39,685 nt of DNA from a virus (IMGVR_UViG_3300032232_001689:1-39685); one strand, 5' to 3'; positions 20,969-30,469 are shown, counted from the first letter of the stretch. Made by a program: numbers and translations. The notes: generated by a model not told the origin, from the sequence alone.

Positions 20969-21403
20969 TTATCGTACTCTTTTTAAGAGAAAGTCAAGAG
21001 TTATAGGTGCTGGATTATTTATAATATTGTAAACAATTTTTATTTGAATTGAATGTTCATCAATACCTTCTGAAACTGTTATTTCCTGAGCATTTACTCT
21101 GGGCTCGTTCAATTTTATGGTGTTCTCAATATAAGTTTCTAAAGACGTTAAATACTGTTTAAAATTAGGTTCGAACAAGTATTCATAGACGTTGCTACCA
21201 ATAGATGGCTGAAATAATCTTTCTCCCAAATTCGTCATTATCAAATTTTTAAGAGATTGATTCACAGACTTTTCGTCAGTCAAACGACCAAGCTGATTAC
21301 CATATGGTGTTTTCGCGAAACTGTTTAAGAAGTCAGAAAAAAACTCTATTTTTTTTGTATTAGAAGATGTTAGTGTATCTGCTCTTGTTAAATTTGTTGC
21401 CAT
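20969..21403 (-). CDS. gp25: Baseplate wedge subunit gp25
   Basis: SLKNL..T..GERLFQP.IGS and EPRV motifs; directly upstream of gp6. Confidence 0.92.
   Translation of the reverse strand: MATNLTRADTLTSSNTKKIEFFSDFLNSFAKTPYGNQLGRLTDEKSVNQSLKNLIMTNLGERLFQPSIGSNVYEYLFEPNFKQYLTSLETYIENTIKLNEPRVNAQEITVSEGIDEHSIQIKIVYNIINNPAPITLDFLLKRVR
21016..21023 (-). promoter_or_regulatory. Possible internal late promoter TATAAATA
   Basis: Exact consensus about 48 nt upstream of the gp6 start, within the gp25 3' end. Confidence 0.45.
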
Positions 21404-21700
21404 TTATCCTCCTGCGAATACATTATGAGAACCTGCAGCAACAAGAGTGCAGCCAGTCAATGCATCTCCAATTCTACCAGCACCTCTTCCATTTATAAAA
21501 ACAGATGTAGAACCAATTGTAATTGGTGCTGCATGAACAGGACATGGATTACCTGGCAGTAAATGAACTGTATTCAAATCGCCCTGTCTTGACCAAGGTC
21601 GACCATTTACAAAAACATTACCAGATCCTTGAGCTCTTACCATTCCTGAACAGTGAGCTATATCAGCATCTCCAATTCTTGCTGCTGCTCTTAGTGGCAT
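21404..21700 (-). CDS. PAAR-repeat spike tip protein (gp5.4-like)
   Basis: AARIGD..HC, GS.NVFVNG..RQGD..H..C..H and GRIGD..C..GS.NVF motifs. Confidence 0.92.
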   Translation of the reverse strand: MPLRAAARIGDADIAHCSGMVRAQGSGNVFVNGRPWSRQGDLNTVHLLPGNPCPVHAAPITIGSTSVFINGRGAGRIGDALTGCTLVAAGSHNVFAGG

Positions 21701-21701
21701 T

Positions 21702-22154
21702 TTATCCCCCGTAATAACTTGTTAGTATATTATAACCTAAAGTTGAACTGTTTCTTACAACCTGCGATATAATTTCAGTATCAACTGTATTTGATACGTA
21801 TGTAACATTAATAGTGTAATTTACAGTTATACTAGCAGTACTATCTTGATTAAACTCATATAAATCTTTATTTGGGGGCAGAGAAAAAATACTATTAACC
21901 ACAGTTGGAGTTTCCAGTAAATCGCTACTGCCTTTGCTTACATATTTTGATACATCACTATAACCTTTATAATACATACCACTTATTGTAATCACATCAT
22001 TCGCAACAGATATTGTTATATTAGGATCAACAAGAGAAGATGTAACTGATATTGTGTTTATAGTTTCGCCTTCTTCTGGCGCCACAGTAATCGATGTTGA
22101 AACAGAAGTATTTCTTACAACAGCAGAAAGTGACGATGGAGTTAATTCGATCAT
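21702..22154 (-). CDS. Hypothetical protein (beta-rich, probably structural)
   Basis: 150-aa ORF coupled to its neighbours in the baseplate operon. Confidence 0.6.
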   Translation of the reverse strand: MIELTPSSLSAVVRNTSVSTSITVAPEEGETINTISVTSSLVDPNITISVANDVITISGMYYKGYSDVSKYVSKGSSDLLETPTVVNSIFSLPPNKDLYEFNQDSTASITVNYTINVTYVSNTVDTEIISQVVRNSSTLGYNILTSYYGG

Positions 22155-22348
22155 GTTGTTTGTCTCTGTAACAATTCTATCAACTTATCATTCCACTCAT
22201 GAATCGATTCATGCTCATCATCAGTATGCGGACCATCAGGAATCTCTGGTATAAACTCAATCACATTCTCAAAAGATTCAGGTATATCTTCGTATTTATC
22301 ATATATCTCAAGGACACTATTTCTTAATATTACAAATTTGTGGCTCAT
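22151..22348 (-). CDS. Conserved small acidic phage protein
   Basis: DIP..F..VI.F.P.IP..PHT..EH motif recalled near gp5/PAAR in T4-like phages; ATGA overlaps at both ends. Confidence 0.7.
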   Translation of the reverse strand: MSHKFVILRNSVLEIYDKYEDIPESFENVIEFIPEIPDGPHTDDEHESIHEWNDKLIELLQRQTT

Positions 22349-23073
22349 AACGGATTAATATCCACTCTTGGACTTTTAATTATGATACTGGCTGGAGTAA
22401 TCGTTATAGTTGAAGCACCAACCTTTAATGTTATATTAGTAAGGCTTGTTATTTGTATATCACCAAGACAATTAAATTGGCCTCTTGTTTCGCTCTGTAA
22501 ATCTAATCCAGTACCTTGTGCATGGATACCGTACCCGCCAGATATCATTGTTATTGAAGATCCACCAACAGCTTTTACTTCATTACCATCTACACTTATA
22601 GCTCTGTCTTTTGACATATATTCGATTACATCATCATCGTGTAATCTATATGTTTTACCACCAGGAGCAACTGAGGTTGATGATTCAGAAGTACCGACTA
22701 CGCTTTTATTAGCAGCTCTGTATTCTGTTCCACCTGAAGAACTTCCAATATCACCTTTGATGTTCATGTTTAAAGTTGCTTGCCCACTTATGTCGACATT
22801 TCCATCATTATTTTTACTGGTGCTTCCAGCGTTTAATCTTTCATGATGAACATGAGATGTGACCATACCATCAAATTCATCAGATATTTCTCTGGTTTCA
22901 AAACTGCCATCATGATTGATTTCGCTTCTATATGATTCATTCGGTTTATTAGGGTTTACGCCAGTTATAACACCAGCGCCGTTTGTATCCCTGTATCCGA
23001 AAACATATGGATAATCACCAGGATTTGTGATCGCAATTGGATCTGGAACTTTTTTATTTGGTGGTTGACCCAT
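22345..23073 (-). CDS. gp5 C-terminal (beta-helix spike) portion as a separate gene
   Basis: YPY...H.GSFE.EI region, then VxG-type beta-repeats ending RVDINP; upstream of PAAR. Confidence 0.7.
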   Translation of the reverse strand: MGQPPNKKVPDPIAITNPGDYPYVFGYRDTNGAGVITGVNPNKPNESYRSEINHDGSFETREISDEFDGMVTSHVHHERLNAGSTSKNNDGNVDISGQATLNMNIKGDIGSSSGGTEYRAANKSVVGTSESSTSVAPGGKTYRLHDDDVIEYMSKDRAISVDGNEVKAVGGSSITMISGGYGIHAQGTGLDLQSETRGQFNCLGDIQITSLTNITLKVGASTITITPASIIIKSPRVDINPL

Positions 23074-24620
23074 TAAACTAATCCTATATCTCTAAGCACA
23101 GCTTCTGCAGCTTTTATTGATGCTTCTGTAAATTTTGCAAGTTTCATTGCATTTAATATCGAAGCCAATGACGGTGTTGTTTGACCCAAGGCAATTGAAT
23201 TTATTTCAGAAACAGAACTCCCTGAATCATTCAATTGTTTAGACAAACTGTTAACTGAAGCGATCGCGTATGCAATTCCAGCTACAGTTCCACGTGCAGC
23301 CAATATCTCAGAAAGAACTGCATTACCACCAATTGCTGATGCAATATTTGGCATAGGAATACCAGCATTAGATAATATTCCTGCTATTCCAGCAATGCCT
23401 GCTATTCCAGCGCCAGATGTTGGAGATTTAAGGGCGGATGATGCCATTCCAGCCATTGTTCTGGCCATTGATAGATTTTTCGAAAAATCACCTAATGATT
23501 TACTAATTTGCCCACCTAATATACTTTTCGCTACAAATGATGTTTGTGTGAGATTTATGATGGCGCCAGCAATACCAAGAACAGCTGATAAATTTGACAT
23601 CAAATTATTACTGCTGTTTTTACCTATTGTGTTATTCATACCATTTTCTTCATGAATAACTTTATGAATAATTAAAATATTATTCATTATTTCAATTGTT
23701 AATGTTTTTGATAAAACATAAGGATACATGTCATTGGCTATTCCTTTTTCTGCCAATGCCAAACATTCATCATCTACGTTCTGATATGGATAATCTATTT
23801 CTCTTCTTTTAACATAACTATATGTTTTATCATTGTTTACAAAAGTAATGTACCCAGGGTATGGATCATTACCATAAACATAATATTGCTTAACTGCTAA
23901 ATCTAAAACTTTAAAAAGGTCAGGTAATACTAAATTCGTTGGTGGTATATTTTTACCATAAACAACAACTGGTGTTGATTTAACAGGTATCTTATTCTCA
24001 CCAAAGATAAGGGCTTTCTGTATTAAATTTGTTATACCGTTCCTAACAATTGTTTGATATCCTGCATCAATTCTACTAATTCCATTATTAATTAATATAG
24101 AATCAAGAGCTATCATAACTTGTGTAAAACTTGTTCTATTACAAAGTATACAAAGAGCTTCAGAAAATGCGTCAGATAGAACATTAGTTTGACTTGATGT
24201 TGGTGCTGATGTTTTACCACCACCACCTCCAGCAATGTTCATTATTGATTTAATCATTGCAAACTGTCTAATCATATTAGGGAAATTTTGCGCCTGGCCC
24301 ATTGGATCAACTTGTGCTATAATTTGAGCTAAGTCTGTACCCGGAGCCGCAGAAGCAGTTGTTGGGTCATTAGCTTTAGGAATATTTTTGTTTTTTAGTT
24401 CTTCTAATACGTTTGTTCCTTTACGATTTTTTCTTGTATTATTTTCATCAGAGCTAGCAAATGGCGTGTTTGCCATACCAACAGGTTTACCTCCCGCACG
24501 TGGGTGCGAGTCAAACATTTTTATATCTCTTGCTTCAGCACCAGCTGGGTTATCAACGCCCTTCTGTGCTTGATCAAGTTTTCCAAAATAAGGATCTAAT
24601 GATTCTTTTGAAACTGCCAT
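23073..24620 (-). CDS. Unknown 515-aa protein between the gp5 N- and C-terminal genes
   Basis: Long ORF with its own AAGGA SD; Gly/Ala-rich hydrophobic C-terminus; no recognisable lysozyme motif. Confidence 0.7.
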   Translation of the reverse strand: MAVSKESLDPYFGKLDQAQKGVDNPAGAEARDIKMFDSHPRAGGKPVGMANTPFASSDENNTRKNRKGTNVLEELKNKNIPKANDPTTASAAPGTDLAQIIAQVDPMGQAQNFPNMIRQFAMIKSIMNIAGGGGGKTSAPTSSQTNVLSDAFSEALCILCNRTSFTQVMIALDSILINNGISRIDAGYQTIVRNGITNLIQKALIFGENKIPVKSTPVVVYGKNIPPTNLVLPDLFKVLDLAVKQYYVYGNDPYPGYITFVNNDKTYSYVKRREIDYPYQNVDDECLALAEKGIANDMYPYVLSKTLTIEIMNNILIIHKVIHEENGMNNTIGKNSSNNLMSNLSAVLGIAGAIINLTQTSFVAKSILGGQISKSLGDFSKNLSMARTMAGMASSALKSPTSGAGIAGIAGIAGILSNAGIPMPNIASAIGGNAVLSEILAARGTVAGIAYAIASVNSLSKQLNDSGSSVSEINSIALGQTTPSLASILNAMKLAKFTEASIKAAEAVLRDIGLV

Positions 24621-24629
24621 TTTATTCCT

Positions 24630-24938
24630 TTAAACACCAACGGTATCAGATAACAAAGCGCCACGAGCAAAAGAACCCATTATGATGGGATATTGCTCAG
24701 CTTTATCATTATCCATATAAACAATAACAACTCGTGAACCAACTATTAATCCTGTTGGTATGATACCTACTTTACCTGTAGCAGCAGATGTAATAGGCTG
24801 TAAAGGTAAAGCCCATGGAAGGTGTTCATCCTTTACGTTCTGTTCGTCGTTCTCATATCCATATCTTCTCACTCTAACACGACCAGATCTCAATGGATCC
24901 ATAATGTCTCTTACTTCTGCAAAATACATCTTAGCCAT
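24630..24938 (-). CDS. gp5 N-terminal OB-fold domain as a stand-alone gene
   Basis: V.D..DPL..GRVRVR.YG....LPWA.P.QP.TSAA..G..PTGL..GS.V....D..Q.PII.GS. Start reassigned to MAKMYF at 24938, overlapping the upstream stop. Confidence 0.85.
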   Translation of the reverse strand: MAKMYFAEVRDIMDPLRSGRVRVRRYGYENDEQNVKDEHLPWALPLQPITSAATGKVGIIPTGLIVGSRVVIVYMDNDKAEQYPIIMGSFARGALLSDTVGV

Positions 24939-26160
24939 TACCACCACCACCTTCTTTATACCCACCAGTAACAACACCAAGAATCATAGTATATCTAGGA
25001 GTTTGACCAACTGGTCGTATTTTATGTCTTATAGAAACCACCAATGCTTTTCCATTAAACTGTTTTTCGCCCGCTGAGGTGTTTCCATCAGATTTATTTG
25101 GAATATCTAAATTAACAATCGAACCAAGCTTTATGTTTGGGTTACCATAAACTTCTAACGTTCCGTGTGTTTGAGATAAATGTGATAGAAAATCCACTCT
25201 GTTTTTTCTGGCTTCTGCAATTTTAGTAGAAGATTTATTATTGATTGCATCGTTCATTGTATGGACAGGAACAGCTTTTGGATAAGAAGTATCGTCATAT
25301 ATTTGATTGCCAGCCAAACTATAATTCTGTTTCTTTTGATCTACTTCGTCAGCAGTTCCAGTTGTTGGATCATAAGAATTCTGCTGCGATTTAGAAAGCG
25401 ATCTAGTAGGTGTAAAAAACGAGTTAGGTATTTTAATCCAAATTATAGAATTGGCTTTATCTGAATTAGAAATATTAGAAAATGCCAAATCGGCAGACTG
25501 TTTTAACGTAACAGTTGAGCTCTGCTCGAATAATTTTTCGAAAGTACAAAATACATATTTCTGACTTCCATTATCAGACTGTTGGAATAATACAAAAGCA
25601 GAAGATTTATGTTGATCTGAAACATGTTCAGAGTTCAATATTTTTATAGCTTCAATCGGATGCTTGTTAGAAAATACCAATCTTCTTGAACCATATGTAC
25701 TCTCAGCATCTATGCTCTTATTGCTTTTGAAGTTATTTTTAACAATATCCTCGACTATTTTACTTGTTTGTTGATCGTAACTTTTTTGAACATAGTTCCC
25801 CTGAGCGTTCAACATTTCTGGCGAACAACATCTAATTTTATATGTTTTATTGTGTCCAGAACCAATTTTATCAGTAGAACCATCTGAAAGATCTTTATTT
25901 TCCATCATTTTAAATTTGAAATTTGCAGAAGCAGATCCATCTAAAGAAAAAGATATATTAACATCTTTATCATACGAACCATTTAAATTAGTTTTACCTA
26001 ATAGATCACTACTATCAACAACGTTGATTTCTGCAAATGGCCCAGTTGGGCTAAAAATATCTTCATATATTTCAACAACACTATAATTGATTTTGCTTTG
26101 ATCTGTTAGATCAATATCACCAAGTTGCAAAGTTGAAATTCGTATTTCACCAGCTTCCAT
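24931..26160 (-). CDS. Baseplate hub protein (gp27-like)
   Basis: IYEDIFSP..I.V.DS N-terminus and G...LGSIV.L.IP...GK.LV.SIRH C-terminus; lies between gp53 and gp5. Confidence 0.65.
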   Translation of the reverse strand: MEAGEIRISTLQLGDIDLTDQSKINYSVVEIYEDIFSPTGPFAEINVVDSSDLLGKTNLNGSYDKDVNISFSLDGSASANFKFKMMENKDLSDGSTDKIGSGHNKTYKIRCCSPEMLNAQGNYVQKSYDQQTSKIVEDIVKNNFKSNKSIDAESTYGSRRLVFSNKHPIEAIKILNSEHVSDQHKSSAFVLFQQSDNGSQKYVFCTFEKLFEQSSTVTLKQSADLAFSNISNSDKANSIIWIKIPNSFFTPTRSLSKSQQNSYDPTTGTADEVDQKKQNYSLAGNQIYDDTSYPKAVPVHTMNDAINNKSSTKIAEARKNRVDFLSHLSQTHGTLEVYGNPNIKLGSIVNLDIPNKSDGNTSAGEKQFNGKALVVSIRHKIRPVGQTPRYTMILGVVTGGYKEGGGGNG

Positions 26161-26161
26161 T

Positions 26162-27016
26162 TTACTCGTTCATTAATGTTTTGAGGTCATCAGAAATTTT
26201 CTGTTCGTACGTTTTATCTATTACACGAACTGTTCTATTATATTCATTTTTTTCATTTTCATAATCAAAATATGTAACAGGTTTCCAATATATTTCTTCT
26301 TCAGCGGAAATGTTATCGGCAACAGAATTTACAGCTGTAAATGCAACATTAGAACCACTTTCTGTTCCATAAATATACCCTGAACTGGTACCTGTATAAG
26401 TTCCAGACATGTGTTGTAAAAATATAGCTGTATTTGAAGAAGATAATATTTGTCCTTTACCTATTTTGCTCCCAAGGTTTATTTTGCAAATTTCGTCTTT
26501 AGTAAAATTAGAATTAGCACTTACTGTATAAGATACAATTTGATTAGTATTGACAACCCAATCTTGTTCTACTCTTTTATACGAAACAGTTTTATTTGAA
26601 TACCCATAGACAGGTTCCCAATATTTTTTTGAATCGGGAAGAAGATTATCATAATAATTTACAGAAACATTCTCTTGTCCGACCCAATCATTTCTGTAAA
26701 ACTTTACTTTTTGATACGCTAATTCGTATGATCCATATTTCGAATTGATAAACTCATTAAATTCGTTTTCGTTTAAATGCCACTCATAATATGGGTCTAC
26801 AATTCTATTCGAGAAATAAATTATCCAACTTTGATATGCATCATCATAATATCTATGACTTAACTGATCTGCTCTTTCATCATTAATCTCGTATGGATAA
26901 AAAATAAAAGGATTGGTGTAAACTTTATTCAGCAACGTTGCTCGTTTTGTTATATCAACAACATATGTGTTTGAATAATTTGTAATAGGAAACTTTTCGA
27001 AATATCTTTCTGACAT
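26162..27016 (-). CDS. gp53: Baseplate wedge subunit gp53
   Basis: YF.KFP...Y and ERAD.LS..YY....WII...N.I.DPYYEW motifs; C-terminal YE..KNE..R. Confidence 0.88.
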   Translation of the reverse strand: MSERYFEKFPITNYSNTYVVDITKRATLLNKVYTNPFIFYPYEINDERADQLSHRYYDDAYQSWIIYFSNRIVDPYYEWHLNENEFNEFINSKYGSYELAYQKVKFYRNDWVGQENVSVNYYDNLLPDSKKYWEPVYGYSNKTVSYKRVEQDWVVNTNQIVSYTVSANSNFTKDEICKINLGSKIGKGQILSSSNTAIFLQHMSGTYTGTSSGYIYGTESGSNVAFTAVNSVADNISAEEEIYWKPVTYFDYENEKNEYNRTVRVIDKTYEQKISDDLKTLMNE

Positions 27017-27018
27017 TG

Positions 27019-27849
27019 TTAAGCCCTAATTTCTGAGCTATCCCAAAGTTCAATTTCTTTGAGAGAAAGCGATAACGTTATTACTGTTGGCAGTTTTGTA
27101 CCTTTAAAAAAGGATGGTGCACCTGATGCAGTGTAGTCGGCTTGAACTGCAGTTATAGCACAAGGTTTAAACGTCAAATGTTGTTTCAATTCGTTAGGGA
27201 ATAAATCAATTTGTACAATATGCGGATATTTTAAAAGAAACCCAAAACCTGTTTTTGTAGGCAAAGAAGCTTTTTTTAACTTATTGATAATACTAATTGC
27301 AGTTCTAGATTCTTGTACTGTATTTGGTGTCAGCGTCCATTGTAAAACAAATTCTTTAAAATTCGGTCTTTGGAAAAACATAAAAAGAAAAGGATTGATC
27401 GTCACACCACCCATAAAACTACTTGTTGCAATTACTGCTGATGTTTTTCCTATCATTCCAGTAGGATCAACAGCAGCAACTTTTTCTAAAACAGATTGAT
27501 CGTTCCATGATAATACAGTATTATCATTAATTTTTTTAGGCAGCGGCAATAATACATCACCAATATTTTCACTTGGCTTAAAAGTAATACCTAAACTATT
27601 TATTTGTTTTGTAGAAAAATCTCTTACAAAATTGATACCTTGTATTATCAAATCTCCAAACCCACCAGGAAATATACCAGGTAAAATATCGCCTGTGAAA
27701 TTGTATTCTTTAAAACTTATGTGTGTGTAAAAGTCTCTGTTCCTGTCAACTATGAGATCGTTTGGGAAAACAATAGGTTGTAGAATTCTTCGTTTTGGTT
27801 GAGGGAAACGAGCGTTGTTGTAATTGATATTTTGTTGTAAAATTGCCAT
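27019..27849 (-). CDS. gp48: Baseplate tail-tube cap gp48
   Basis: LPLP..I.D...W, INP....F..P.F..F...W.L.P...ES and L.L...E.E motifs; upstream of gp53. Confidence 0.8.
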   Translation of the reverse strand: MAILQQNINYNNARFPQPKRRILQPIVFPNDLIVDRNRDFYTHISFKEYNFTGDILPGIFPGGFGDLIIQGINFVRDFSTKQINSLGITFKPSENIGDVLLPLPKKINDNTVLSWNDQSVLEKVAAVDPTGMIGKTSAVIATSSFMGGVTINPFLFMFFQRPNFKEFVLQWTLTPNTVQESRTAISIINKLKKASLPTKTGFGFLLKYPHIVQIDLFPNELKQHLTFKPCAITAVQADYTASGAPSFFKGTKLPTVITLSLSLKEIELWDSSEIRA

Positions 27850-27870
27850 AGAAAATCCGTAGGTTAACGA

Positions 27871-27894
27871 CCTAAATATTTTATTTTATTTATA
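27871..27894. promoter_or_regulatory. Divergent late promoters (CCTAAATA on +, TATAAATA on -)
   Basis: 27871-27878 (+) serves gp4 and 27887-27894 (-) serves gp48, in a 52-bp divergent gap. Confidence 0.7.
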
Positions 27895-27901
27895 TGGAAA
27901 C

Positions 27902-28348
27902 ATGACAAAATACAATAAAGGTAAATTTAAACCAAAAAACCCACAAAAGTACAAAGGCAATCCAACAGAGATCTACTGGAGATCTAGCTGGGAACTTAAG
28001 CTCATGTTGTATTTAGACGAACACAAAGAAGTAATAAGCTGGGGATCCGAAGAGATTATAATACCATACAGGTCCCCTCTTGACAATAGAATACATCGTT
28101 ATTATCCTGACTTCATTGTTACAAAGATAAATAGTGAAGGTAAACGAGAAACTGCAATTATAGAAGTAAAACCAGCCAAACAAACAGTACCTCCCAAAAT
28201 AAAAGAAAAAGTAACAAGAAGTTACATTACAGAGGTTAAAACTTGGGGAGTAAATGAGGCTAAGTGGAAAGCGGCTTTAGAATTTTGTAAAGATAGAGGT
28301 TGGACCTTTCATATCTTCACTGAAAAAGAATTAGGAATTAAATTTTAA
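27902..28348 (+). CDS. gp4: Head completion nuclease gp4
   Basis: KGKFKPKNPQKYKG...RSSWE, HRYYPDF, IEVKP..QT and N.AKW.AA motifs. Confidence 0.93.
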   Translation: MTKYNKGKFKPKNPQKYKGNPTEIYWRSSWELKLMLYLDEHKEVISWGSEEIIIPYRSPLDNRIHRYYPDFIVTKINSEGKRETAIIEVKPAKQTVPPKIKEKVTRSYITEVKTWGVNEAKWKAALEFCKDRGWTFHIFTEKELGIKF

Positions 28349-28911
28349 TGGCATTATCTGATTTTGAAAATCAACTGAACGAAGCTGGTAAAAACATTTT
28401 ATCGGCTGCAAAAAGCTCTTTAGAATGGTTTAAAAATAAACTTTCAGATTTATCAAAGAGACCTAGCGACCTTTTTCAGCAAAAATCAAAACCAGAAATA
28501 GGAAGTATGTATCTTTTCGTGTATGATCCGAAATACAAAGACACTTTACCTTTTTATGATATGTTTCCTCTAGTGATACCAATAGAATTTCAAAATGAAG
28601 GATTTCTTGGACTAAATCTGCATTATTTGCCACCCAATAGCCGTATAGCATTACTGAAGGCTCTTTCAAGTTTGGCCAATAATGATAAATACGATGACAG
28701 TACTAAATTGGTTATCTCATACGAAGTAGTAAGTAGATATTCTAGACAATTTCCCGGAAACAAAGATTGTATTAAAAGATATCTGTATGGTCATGTAAGA
28801 AGTCAATTTCAATATGTTTCACCATCTGATTGGTCCAAGGTGGTTACAATGCCGCTTCAAAAATGGAAAGTTAACCCAAATAAAAAACATGCTGGTTCAC
28901 CTCCTTATTAG
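28348..28911 (+). CDS. gp2: DNA end protector protein gp2
   Basis: G.MY.F.YDPKYKDTLP.YD.FPLV, GFLGLNLHYLPP and CIKRYL..HV.S motifs. Confidence 0.92.
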   Translation: MALSDFENQLNEAGKNILSAAKSSLEWFKNKLSDLSKRPSDLFQQKSKPEIGSMYLFVYDPKYKDTLPFYDMFPLVIPIEFQNEGFLGLNLHYLPPNSRIALLKALSSLANNDKYDDSTKLVISYEVVSRYSRQFPGNKDCIKRYLYGHVRSQFQYVSPSDWSKVVTMPLQKWKVNPNKKHAGSPPY

Positions 28912-28919
28912 GTTCAAAA

Positions 28920-29561
28920 ATGCCATTTAACATTAACGATTTCAAAGCAAATATAGAAGATTATGGTTATCTAAAAACTAACCTTTTTGAAGTTTTTATC
29001 CAACCACCAGCGATTATGTTTGGTAATATGTTAAACAGTGGTGGTAATCTTTCACAGCTTAATGAAATAACAGATTTACAGACTTTCAGAATAGATCAAG
29101 TAAGAGCTCCTGGCATTTCTTTAGCAAGCGCTGATGTGAGCCGTTATGGCGCTGGTCCAACTCAAAAACAACCATTCAATGCGCAATTTAATGAAATTTC
29201 TTTTTCCATTCTTTGCGACAATCAAGCGGTAGTTTGGCAATATTGGTATAATTGGATAAGATCTGTTTACGAATTTAATGGAACAGAAGACTCAGGCTTT
29301 GGTGAAATCAATAGATTTGCAACTTATCTTTCCGAATACAAATCAAATTATTCAACTATTATGCAAATTGTAATGTACGACCAAGAAGGTAATACAGTAC
29401 AAAGAATAAATTTATATGAAGCGTTTCCAACAGCTATGAGGGACGTTTCTCTCGCTTGGGGTGACGATGGAAGCATGGTTAAGATAGACGTTAACATCGC
29501 CTTTACTGAATACACTATTGTGAACTCTGTTCTTGAACCACAAATGAGAGCCTTTTTCTAA
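28920..29561 (+). CDS. gp54: Baseplate tail-tube initiator gp54 (gp19-like fold)
   Basis: N.FEV.I..P, PG.S and LYEAFPT....L.W motifs; follows gp2. Confidence 0.7.
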   Translation: MPFNINDFKANIEDYGYLKTNLFEVFIQPPAIMFGNMLNSGGNLSQLNEITDLQTFRIDQVRAPGISLASADVSRYGAGPTQKQPFNAQFNEISFSILCDNQAVVWQYWYNWIRSVYEFNGTEDSGFGEINRFATYLSEYKSNYSTIMQIVMYDQEGNTVQRINLYEAFPTAMRDVSLAWGDDGSMVKIDVNIAFTEYTIVNSVLEPQMRAFF

Positions 29562-29582
29562 TTCAATATCATGGAGATAATT

Positions 29583-30296
29583 ATGTCAAGTTTGCCTAAA
29601 ATTGATCAGCCAATATATAACATTAAAGTTCCTTCTTTGAATAAAAACATAAAATTCAGACCATTTTTGGTAAAAGAAGAAAAACTACTTCTTATGTCTA
29701 AAGAAAGCGCCAACGAATCTGATATATTGGGCGCGATTAAACAAATAGTCAATAATTGTAGTATAGACAAAACCTTCAACGTAGATAAAATAGCTCTTTT
29801 TGATTTAGAATACATTTTTCTTAAATTGAGAGCATTTTCAGTAAATAATCTTGTAAAAGTTTCGTATAAAGATTACGAAGACGAAAAAGTTTACGATTTC
29901 GACATTGATTTGAATGAAATTGAAGTATTATTTCCCGAAAAAGCGAGTAATAATATAAAAATAAGCGATAATTCAGGTATTGTAATGAATTATCCTTCTG
30001 CTTCTTTGTACGAAGACAAAGAATTTTTAAGTTTAACTGACAATTACATGTTTGAGCTCATATTACGTTGTATTGATAAAATTTATGTAGAAGATGAGAT
30101 ATATGAACCATCAAATTACAGCAAAGAAGAACTTAGTGAGTTCTTAGAAGATATGAGTTTGAAGGTTTTTGAAGAAATTCAGAAATTTCTGTTAAGCGTC
30201 CCTAAAATTGAACATAAAATCAAGTACAAAAACTCTTTTGGTAACGACAGAGTAATAACATTGAGCTCGTTAAACGATTTTTTTTCCTGGCGCTGA
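29583..30296 (+). CDS. gp26: Baseplate hub assembly protein gp26-like
   Basis: LPKI..P.Y..K.PS....KFRPFLVKEEKLLL, FDLEYIFL.LRA.SV and terminal L.DFF motifs; start at 29583 after a GGAGA SD. Confidence 0.88.
   Translation: MSSLPKIDQPIYNIKVPSLNKNIKFRPFLVKEEKLLLMSKESANESDILGAIKQIVNNCSIDKTFNVDKIALFDLEYIFLKLRAFSVNNLVKVSYKDYEDEKVYDFDIDLNEIEVLFPEKASNNIKISDNSGIVMNYPSASLYEDKEFLSLTDNYMFELILRCIDKIYVEDEIYEPSNYSKEELSEFLEDMSLKVFEEIQKFLLSVPKIEHKIKYKNSFGNDRVITLSSLNDFFSWR
30278..30284 (+). other. Candidate -1 ribosomal slippery heptamer T TTT TTT
   Basis: gp26 frame reads GAT TTT TTT TCC TGG CGC TGA; the -1 frame continues into the gp51-like sequence. Confidence 0.65.
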
Positions 30297-30469
30297 ATCA
30301 TAACTCTTTAGAAAACTATTTTTCTACTGTGTTTTCTTTGATTCAGCATCATAAATATTCGATTACTGAAATTGAAAATTTGATACCTTTCGAAAGAGAT
30401 ATCTATGTGGAATTTCTACTTAATCATCTTAAAAAACTAGAAGAAGAAAAACAAAAATATAAAGGTTAG
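30278..30469 (+). CDS. gp51: gp51-like baseplate hub assembly frame, no ATG (not in the ORF track)
   Basis: Manual translation FFFLALNHNSLENYFSTVFSLIQHHKYSITEIENLIPFERDIYVEFLLNHLKKLEEEKQKYKG*; QHHKYS.TEIEN.IP.ERDIY is the gp51 motif. Confidence 0.82.
   Translation, partial: FFFLALNHNSLENYFSTVFSLIQHHKYSITEIENLIPFERDIYVEFLLNHLKKLEEEKQKYKG

Noticed and set aside
22340-22846. 168-aa hydrophobic plus-strand ORF
   Set aside because: Antisense shadow of the gp5 C-terminal gene.
27902-28348. TnsA-like nuclease as a transposon or homing endonuclease
   Set aside because: Motifs and synteny identify it as core head completion gp4.
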